This document shows positions 58,164 to 64,000 of a stretch of 64,000 bases of DNA, in pieces. The position numbers were made by a program, and so were the translations under genes. The stretch is taken from contig CAWALH010000002.1 of assembly GCA_963782925.1 (NCBI GenBank), forward strand, positions 14,106-78,105, read 5' to 3'. Under the pieces are notes generated by a model that had not been told where the DNA came from, ran no database searches, and saw only the letters and a list, made by a program, of their open reading frames with translations. The DNA is from an uncultured Solirubrobacteraceae bacterium. GTDB lineage: Bacteria; Actinomycetota; Thermoleophilia; Solirubrobacterales; Solirubrobacteraceae. How positions within the stretch are numbered: position 1 is the stretch's first letter; the number at the start of each line of letters is the position of its first letter.

Positions 58164-58663
58164 CGCGCGGCCCCCGCGATCACGTCGAGGCGCAGCTCCC
58201 GCGTGCCTTGCGTCGAGACGTCGAACGCTCGCACCTGCGGCAGCTCCGGGTTGCGCATCGAGACGATCATGTGCCACAACGAGGTGAAGCGGCTGACGTG
58301 CATCTCGTAGTCGATCTGCGAGAAGTTCGCCGGATGTCGCTGATGGCTGTGGAAGACGCCGACCTCGAACCGGCCCGCCGCCCAGATCTCCTGCTGCAGG
58401 CGCCACGCCTCCTCGGGCGCCGCGACGAACCCGGCGTCGTCGTGGTCGACGAAGTACTGGCCGTACGCGTGGAACTCCCCCTGCCAGTCCGGCGTGTTGC
58501 GAACGTTCTGACCGAACGTCACGAGATCGGTCGGCGTGCGCGCGTCGACGTCCGAGACGAGATAGCCGAACGTCTTCTCGGGGAAGCGGCTGCGCACGGT
58601 CTCGACGAGGCGATCGAGCAGACCGTCGGAGATCACGATCGGCGCGTCGGCGGGCGAGCTCAC
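58160..58663 (-). CDS. JAB/MPN (Mov34) metalloprotease
   Basis: JAMM motif FHSHQRHPANFSQID (HxH-x7-S-x2-D); IVS...PQVRAF. Confidence 0.85.
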   Translation of the reverse strand: MSSPADAPIVISDGLLDRLVETVRSRFPEKTFGYLVSDVDARTPTDLVTFGQNVRNTPDWQGEFHAYGQYFVDHDDAGFVAAPEEAWRLQQEIWAAGRFEVGVFHSHQRHPANFSQIDYEMHVSRFTSLWHMIVSMRNPELPQVRAFDVSTQGTRELRLDVIAGAAR

Positions 58664-60330
58664 ACGTCGCCCCCTCCGGCGAGATGTGAGCCGGCTGGTC
58701 CGAAGCGCGCCGAGAAGCGCGAGGGATGCGAGGCGACGGCGATACCCCGACGGCCGTCGCGCGCGAGCCTGTCGAGCAGCTTGAACACGGTCTCGACCTC
58801 CTCGGGACGGCCGATGCCCTCGGCGATCGCGTCGGCCGTCTGGGGCTCGTCGAGTTGCGCGACGAACGCCGTGATCGCGCGCTGGAGCTCGACGACCGGC
58901 CGCGCCGCGTCCTTCGCGACGCTCGGCTGGTGATAGGCGTTGACGTCGATCAACTCGGCGTAGATCCCGACGGCTCGCTCGAACAGGGCGATCAGCGCTC
59001 CGAGCGACCTCTCACGTACGCTGCGAAGCCCGATCGTGACCGACGCCCGGCCGGCCGCGTGGAGCGCGTTGCGCGTTCCCTCGGCGTAGCCGAACAGGAA
59101 GTCGCCCAACGTCAGGCCGGGCTCGACCTCGATCCCCGCCGCGCGGCGATCCTCCTCGACGCGCACGAACGTGACGAACGAGTCCGGCGCGCCCTCGAAC
59201 AGCTGCTGGAAGTACGCATGCTGATCGCAGGACCCGCGGCCGCCGTAGACCGTGAGCCCCTGCTGCACGACCGCCCCGCCGCGGTCGACCCGCTTGCCGA
59301 GCGACTCCATCACGAGCTGCTGGACGTAGCGGACCAGTCCGGCGAGCCTGTCCTTGTAGGGGACGAGCACCATGTCCCGCTCCCCGCGCCCGCGTCCGAG
59401 CGCGTGCCACGCCAGCGCAAGCAGCAATGCGGGGTTGCCGCACGGGTCGCGCTCGCGCGTGGCGCAGTCCATCGCTCGCGCGCCGGCGAGCAGCTCACCG
59501 ACGTCGGCTCCCTGCAGGGCGGCCGGCAGCAGGCCGACCGCGCTGGTCGCCGACGTGCGCCCGCCGACCCACTCCCACATCGGGAAGCGCTTCAGCCACC
59601 CCCGCTCGCGCGCAAGCGCATCGAGCTGCGAGTCGGCGATCGTCGTCGCGACCGCATGTCGATCGAAGTCGAGCCCGGCGCGTCGATAGGCCGACTCGAG
59701 CTCGCGCATGCCGTGAAGCGGAGTCGGCGTCCAACCCGACTTCGACACGACCGACGTCAGCGTCCGCCCGAGCGCCCCGTCGAGCCGCGCGAGCGTCCGG
59801 TCGATCCCGTCGGGGTCGGCGTTGTCGACGAAGTGGACGGCGATCGGATCGTCCGCGTGCGCCAGCGCCTCGCAGATCAGCTGCGCTCCGGTCGCCGACC
59901 CGCCGACGCCGACGTGCAGGACGTGCTCGAAGCGCCCGTCCGCTCCACACACCTCGCCCGCGTGGACCCTCGCGGCGAACGCGGCGACGCCGTCGCGTGC
60001 GGCGTTCAGTTCGTCGCGAATCGGCGCGCTCGGCGCGAGCTCCGGCGCGCGCAGCCAGTAGTGCCCCACCATCCGCCGCTCGTCGAGATTCGCGATCGCG
60101 CCCGCCTCGAGCGCCGCCATCGCGTCGATCGCGCGCGCGGCGTCCGGCGCGAGCTCCTCCAGCGAGCGCCGATCGAAGCCGACGCGGCTGCAATCGAGCG
60201 ACAGTCCGACCTCCGGGACGTCGATGCACAGCTCGCGGTAGCGCCGCCAGAGCAAGCCGGTCGTCGAGACAGGCGAACGGGTCGCGCCGTCGGGGTTCTC
60301 GACGATGTTCTCCGGCGCCGTCGCGCTCAT
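58660..60330 (-). CDS. pgi: Glucose-6-phosphate isomerase-family protein (cyanobacterial/plastid-like subtype, divergent)
   Basis: DERRMVGHYWLR, GGRTS, QQLVMESLGK, DQHAY, NAYHQP; several motif substitutions. Confidence 0.8.
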   Translation of the reverse strand: MSATAPENIVENPDGATRSPVSTTGLLWRRYRELCIDVPEVGLSLDCSRVGFDRRSLEELAPDAARAIDAMAALEAGAIANLDERRMVGHYWLRAPELAPSAPIRDELNAARDGVAAFAARVHAGEVCGADGRFEHVLHVGVGGSATGAQLICEALAHADDPIAVHFVDNADPDGIDRTLARLDGALGRTLTSVVSKSGWTPTPLHGMRELESAYRRAGLDFDRHAVATTIADSQLDALARERGWLKRFPMWEWVGGRTSATSAVGLLPAALQGADVGELLAGARAMDCATRERDPCGNPALLLALAWHALGRGRGERDMVLVPYKDRLAGLVRYVQQLVMESLGKRVDRGGAVVQQGLTVYGGRGSCDQHAYFQQLFEGAPDSFVTFVRVEEDRRAAGIEVEPGLTLGDFLFGYAEGTRNALHAAGRASVTIGLRSVRERSLGALIALFERAVGIYAELIDVNAYHQPSVAKDAARPVVELQRAITAFVAQLDEPQTADAIAEGIGRPEEVETVFKLLDRLARDGRRGIAVASHPSRFSARFGPAGSHLAGGGDV

Positions 60331-60418
60331 CCGAGCCGTGGAATATATCTAAAGGATGGATTTTGCGTCTTTCGCGACGACCCGGCGCCCGGCGCGCGAC
60401 GAAACGCGCCGGTAGACG

Positions 60419-61852
60419 ATGAACGGCCTGCTCGTCTGCTCGCACCGCGGCCCGGTCTCGCTCGCGCGGGCTCGCACGGGGCTCGAGGCGACCAGCGCCG
60501 GCCCCGGCGGGCTCGTTGCCGTCGTCGCGCCGGCGATCGAACGACTGGGCGGCACATGGGTGTTCGCGCCCGGCTCGGCCGAGGAGCACGCGATCGCCGC
60601 GCAGGGCATCGAGCTCGAGCGGGGCGGCGTGCGCTACGTCGTGCTCGACCTTCCCGAGGGCCCGCACGAGACCGCCTACCGGACGATCTACACCGAACTG
60701 CTCGTTCCGCTGTTCCACTACCTCCTGTCGCTGGAGTACGAGCCGACGTTCTCGGACCGCCTGCATGATGCCTGGGAGGACTACCGGCTGGTCAACGGCG
60801 TCTACGGCGCCGCGATTCGCGAGCGCGCCACCGGCGCGGGCGTGCTCGTCGAGGACGCACATCTGATGCTCGCCGCCGCGGCCGCGCGACGGGAGCCCGG
60901 CGGCGCGGACGTCCCGCTGGCCTACTTCCACCACATGCCCTGGTGCGAGCCCGAGTACTTCGCGGTGCTGCCCGACGAGCTGCGTACGGAGATCCTCGCC
61001 GGGATGCTCGCGTTCGACTCGGTCGGGTTCCACACCGCTCGCTGGGCGGACGCGTTCGCCTCGTGCTGCGAGCGCTTCCTCGGAGCCGATCGCGAGTCCC
61101 GGGATCGGCTTCGGTGGCGGGGCCGCTCCGTCGGGCTGCTCGCCTCCCCCGCGGCGCTCGACGCCGAGCGCCTCGCCGCTCGCGCCGCCGACCCGCCGAC
61201 CGCCGCCTGGCGCGAGCGTCTGCGCGGAGCCTGCGAGCAGCGGCGGGCGATCGTGCGCGTGGAGCGTCTCGATCCGGCCAAGAACCTGATCCGCAGCCTT
61301 CAGGCGTACGAGCAGCTTCTCTCGCGGCGGCCCGACCTGCTGGAGAGCGCCTGCCTGCTCTGCGTGCTCACGCCGGTCCGCGAGTGGGCGCCGGCGTACC
61401 GGCGCTATCGCGAGCTCGCCGAAGCCGAGGCGGCCCGGATCAATGAGCGCTTTGCGGCAGCGCGGGCGGACCGCGCGCCCGTGCGCCTGCACCTGTCGCC
61501 CGATCCGCACGTGTTCGACCACCATCGCGCGCTCGCCGGCATGTCGATCGCAGACGTCGTGCTTGCGACGCCGGTCTTCGACGGCCTGAACATCGTGCCG
61601 CTGGAGGCGGCGATCGTCGGCGAGCCTTCGGTCGTGCTGTCGCGCAACGCCGGCGCATACGCCTACTTCGCCGAGCACGTGAGATCGGTCAACCCGTTCG
61701 ACGCGCTGGAGACCGCCGACGCGATCGAGCAGGCGATCGATGAGCCGGCGGTCGAACGGCGCCGGCGGGCGGGCGCATTGCGCGCCGCCGTCGCTGCGCG
61801 CACGCCAGAGGACTGGGTGCGCGAGCGGATCGCGGCCGCCGGCCGTGCCTGA
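60419..61852 (+). CDS. GT20 glycosyltransferase (trehalose-6-phosphate synthase-like, divergent)
   Basis: SHRGP, GGLV, PLFHY, WEDYRLVN, FHHMPW, ERLDPAKN, FDGLNIV, VNPFD. Confidence 0.85.
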   Translation: MNGLLVCSHRGPVSLARARTGLEATSAGPGGLVAVVAPAIERLGGTWVFAPGSAEEHAIAAQGIELERGGVRYVVLDLPEGPHETAYRTIYTELLVPLFHYLLSLEYEPTFSDRLHDAWEDYRLVNGVYGAAIRERATGAGVLVEDAHLMLAAAAARREPGGADVPLAYFHHMPWCEPEYFAVLPDELRTEILAGMLAFDSVGFHTARWADAFASCCERFLGADRESRDRLRWRGRSVGLLASPAALDAERLAARAADPPTAAWRERLRGACEQRRAIVRVERLDPAKNLIRSLQAYEQLLSRRPDLLESACLLCVLTPVREWAPAYRRYRELAEAEAARINERFAAARADRAPVRLHLSPDPHVFDHHRALAGMSIADVVLATPVFDGLNIVPLEAAIVGEPSVVLSRNAGAYAYFAEHVRSVNPFDALETADAIEQAIDEPAVERRRRAGALRAAVAARTPEDWVRERIAAAGRA

Positions 61853-61857
61853 CGGAG

Positions 61858-61876
61858 GATCCGTCCGTCGCGTCGC
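61858..61876 (+). repeat. Direct repeat, right copy
   Basis: GATCCGTCCGTCGCGTCGC, identical to 56902-56920. Confidence 0.85.
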
Positions 61877-61881
61877 GCAGG

Positions 61882-63513
61882 ATGCCGGGCTCTTTGACGC
61901 GTCCGACCTCGACCTCGACCTCATTGCGCGCCTGGCAGCGCCACGCCCTCGACCGGCTGGCCGACTGGCACGACGGCCCGTTCCTGATCTCGGCCGCGCC
62001 CGGCGCCGGCAAGACGCGCCCGGCGCTCGAGCTCGCCGGGGACCTGCTGGCGAGGCGGGTCGCCAAGCGCGTCGTCGTGCTCTGCCCGACGACGCCGCTC
62101 ACGCGCCAGTGGGCCGCGGCGGCCGCGTCGCTCGGCGTGCAGCTGCAGCCCGACGCCCAGCGCGCCGACCCGCCGCGGGACTTCGACGGCGTCGCCGTCA
62201 CGTACGCCCGGGTGGCGAGCGACCCCGGGGCCTGGGCGAGAAGCGTCGGCGCCGACACGCTCGTCGTCGTCGACGAGGCGCATCACCTCGGCGAAGACCT
62301 CGCGTGGGGCGTCGGCTTCCGCACGGCGTTCGCTCCGGCACGGCGCTGGCTGCTCTTGTCGGGCACGCCGTTTCGCTCCGACGCGACACCGATCCCCGGC
62401 GTGAGCTACGACTCCGAAGGGGTCGTCGTGCCCGACGTGTCCTACACGTACGCCGACGCGGTGGCCGAGGGAATCTGCCGTCCGGTGGCGTTCGTCACGT
62501 TCGACGGCAGCCTCTCGTGGCGCAGCGGCGACGACGTGATCGAATCGTCGTTCGAGACCGTCCTGACCGGCCGCGAGGCCAGCCGCCGCTATCGCACTGC
62601 GATCTCGACCGAGCTGCCCGACGGGCTGCCGCGGATCCTGAAGGAGGCCGACGCCAAGCTGCGCACGCTGCGCGCCGGCGGCCACCGCGACGCCGGCGCG
62701 CTCGCCGTCGCCGCCGACGCCGCCCATGCGCGACAGATCGCAAAGCTCCTGGCCGACGTCACCGGGCGAGCCCCGGTCGTCGTCCTGCACACGGAGGCGA
62801 AGGCCGCGCGCAAGCTCGCCGACTTCCGCGCCTCGCGCGAGCCGTGGATCGTCGCCGTCAACATGGTCTCCGAGGGCGTCGACATCCCGCGCCTGCGGGT
62901 CGGCGTGTACGCGACCGCCGCGAAGACGCCGCTGATCTTCCGCCAGATCGTCGGTCGCTTCGTCCGCACGACGCCCGGCGCGAGCGCCGAGGCGAGCTGG
63001 CTCTACCTACCGGCCGACCAGACCCTGCGCCGCCATGCCGCCGAGGTCGAAAGCGAGCTGCGTCACGTCCTGCGACGCGAGGAGCTCGACGAGGGCTTGG
63101 ACGAGCCGGCCGAGCGGCGCGCCAGCGAGCCCTTGCCGGCGGCCGACTTCGTGCCGCTGAGCGCCGAGTTCGAGGCGCAGATGACGCTGTTCGGCGCCCC
63201 GCGGACGGCGCCCGCGCCCGCGGGCGCCCCCGGTGGGCCTGCGCGATCCGCCGGACGGTCGGCCGCCGAGCCCGAGCCGGCTCCGGTCGCGGCGTTCGAG
63301 CGACGCGCCGAGCTTCGCCGAGAGCGCAGCCGCCTCGTCGGCGAACTGCATCGTCGCGACGGTCTCAGCCATCGCGAGATCAACGCCTGGCTGAACCGCA
63401 CAGTCGGGTCGACACGCGTCGACGACGCGACGATCCCGCAGCTCGAGCGCTCTGTTCGCGCGCTCGTCAAGGAGCTGACTCGCGGCGGGCGTGCACGCGC
63501 GAGGGCTGGCTGA
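61882..63513 (+). CDS. Superfamily II DEAD/DEAH-box helicase (actinobacterial ResIII-like)
   Basis: LRAWQ, APGAGKT, DEAHH, LSGTPFRSD, MVSEGVDIP, FRQIVGRFVR. Confidence 0.9.
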   Translation: MPGSLTRPTSTSTSLRAWQRHALDRLADWHDGPFLISAAPGAGKTRPALELAGDLLARRVAKRVVVLCPTTPLTRQWAAAAASLGVQLQPDAQRADPPRDFDGVAVTYARVASDPGAWARSVGADTLVVVDEAHHLGEDLAWGVGFRTAFAPARRWLLLSGTPFRSDATPIPGVSYDSEGVVVPDVSYTYADAVAEGICRPVAFVTFDGSLSWRSGDDVIESSFETVLTGREASRRYRTAISTELPDGLPRILKEADAKLRTLRAGGHRDAGALAVAADAAHARQIAKLLADVTGRAPVVVLHTEAKAARKLADFRASREPWIVAVNMVSEGVDIPRLRVGVYATAAKTPLIFRQIVGRFVRTTPGASAEASWLYLPADQTLRRHAAEVESELRHVLRREELDEGLDEPAERRASEPLPAADFVPLSAEFEAQMTLFGAPRTAPAPAGAPGGPARSAGRSAAEPEPAPVAAFERRAELRRERSRLVGELHRRDGLSHREINAWLNRTVGSTRVDDATIPQLERSVRALVKELTRGGRARARAG

Positions 63514-63597
63514 CGCTTGGCGAAGGTCGGCCGTCGCACATGACGGTGCCGTACGGATTCGTACGGTTCCGGACGCTTTTGCTAGAATGCGTCGTCA

Positions 63598-63882
63598 ATG
63601 GCGACCGTCAAAGCAGATGAAGTACGCATCCCCCGGCGGGCGCGCGAGGCGGTCGCTCATCACGAGAACGTCATCGTGATGAACCGAGAGCGACCGGCGT
63701 TCGTGATCGTGCATCCCGACGATCACGAGCAGGGGTCGCCTCCGCGCCGCGGACGCCCGCTGCGCGACGCATTGGCCCGTCTCGCTCGCGCAGCCCCGCC
63801 GGACGACGACTTCGGAGCCGACATGGAAGCCGTGCTCAGAGCCGTGGGGCCAGCGCCGACGGACCCGTGGGAACCGTCCTAG
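63598..63882 (+). CDS. Putative antitoxin (Phd/VapB-like)
   Basis: ENVIVMNRERPAFVIV resembles the Phd N-terminus; C-terminal DDDF...DPW; overlaps a PIN gene. Confidence 0.7.
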   Translation: MATVKADEVRIPRRAREAVAHHENVIVMNRERPAFVIVHPDDHEQGSPPRRGRPLRDALARLARAAPPDDDFGADMEAVLRAVGPAPTDPWEPS

Positions 63883-64000
63883 ACACCACCGTATTCATCG
63901 AGTTCGAGCGCGCCACCAGAGGAGCGCCGGCCGAGCACGCGATGCAAACCGCGAGTCGGCGCTTGGAGGAGCATCTGGGCGCCGAGGACGAGGTGGCGAT
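63867..64000 (+). CDS. PIN-domain (VapC) toxin, 5' part, runs off the window
   Basis: GTG 63867 gives MGTVLDTTVFIEFER...EDEVA; LDT is the PIN N-terminal motif. Confidence 0.75.
   Translation, partial: MGTVLDTTVFIEFERATRGAPAEHAMQTASRRLEEHLGAEDEVA

Noticed and set aside
56953-58663. JAB plus Ubl as CBASS/Bil-type anti-phage conjugation
   Set aside because: No E1/E2, CD-NTase or effector, and the partners are sugar enzymes. Kept only as a lesser alternative.

Overview
High-GC actinobacterial chromosome, with gene content and secreted-protein style suggesting Thermoleophilia/Solirubrobacterales (inference). The left ~29 kb is mostly housekeeping on the minus strand: cysE, cysK, an Rrf2 regulator, gltX, nfo, dnaE, argCJBD/argG, pheST (pheT carries a 1-nt frameshift), a TrmH-type methyltransferase, and thrS-infC-rpmI-rplT. 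The 29-56 kb region is accessory: secreted glycoside-hydrolase and beta-propeller proteins, a phosphoesterase, transporters and small enzymes. The most notable feature is a five-gene cassette at 56.9-61.9 kb. It comprises a divergent PGI, a JAB/MPN protease, an FGE-sulfatase-fold protein and a ThiS/MoaD-type carrier with a blocked GG-GA C-terminus, plus a divergently transcribed trehalose-6-phosphate-synthase-like GT20. A 19-bp perfect direct repeat bounds it exactly. It is a candidate thiosugar/thio-trehalose biosynthesis module (hypothesis). Also notable are a structured, possibly pseudoknotted 5' leader, widespread leaderless promoters and a micro-lipoprotein ORF. No rRNA, tRNA, CRISPR array or transposase was recognised. 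All calls come from reading motifs by eye, with no database searches.
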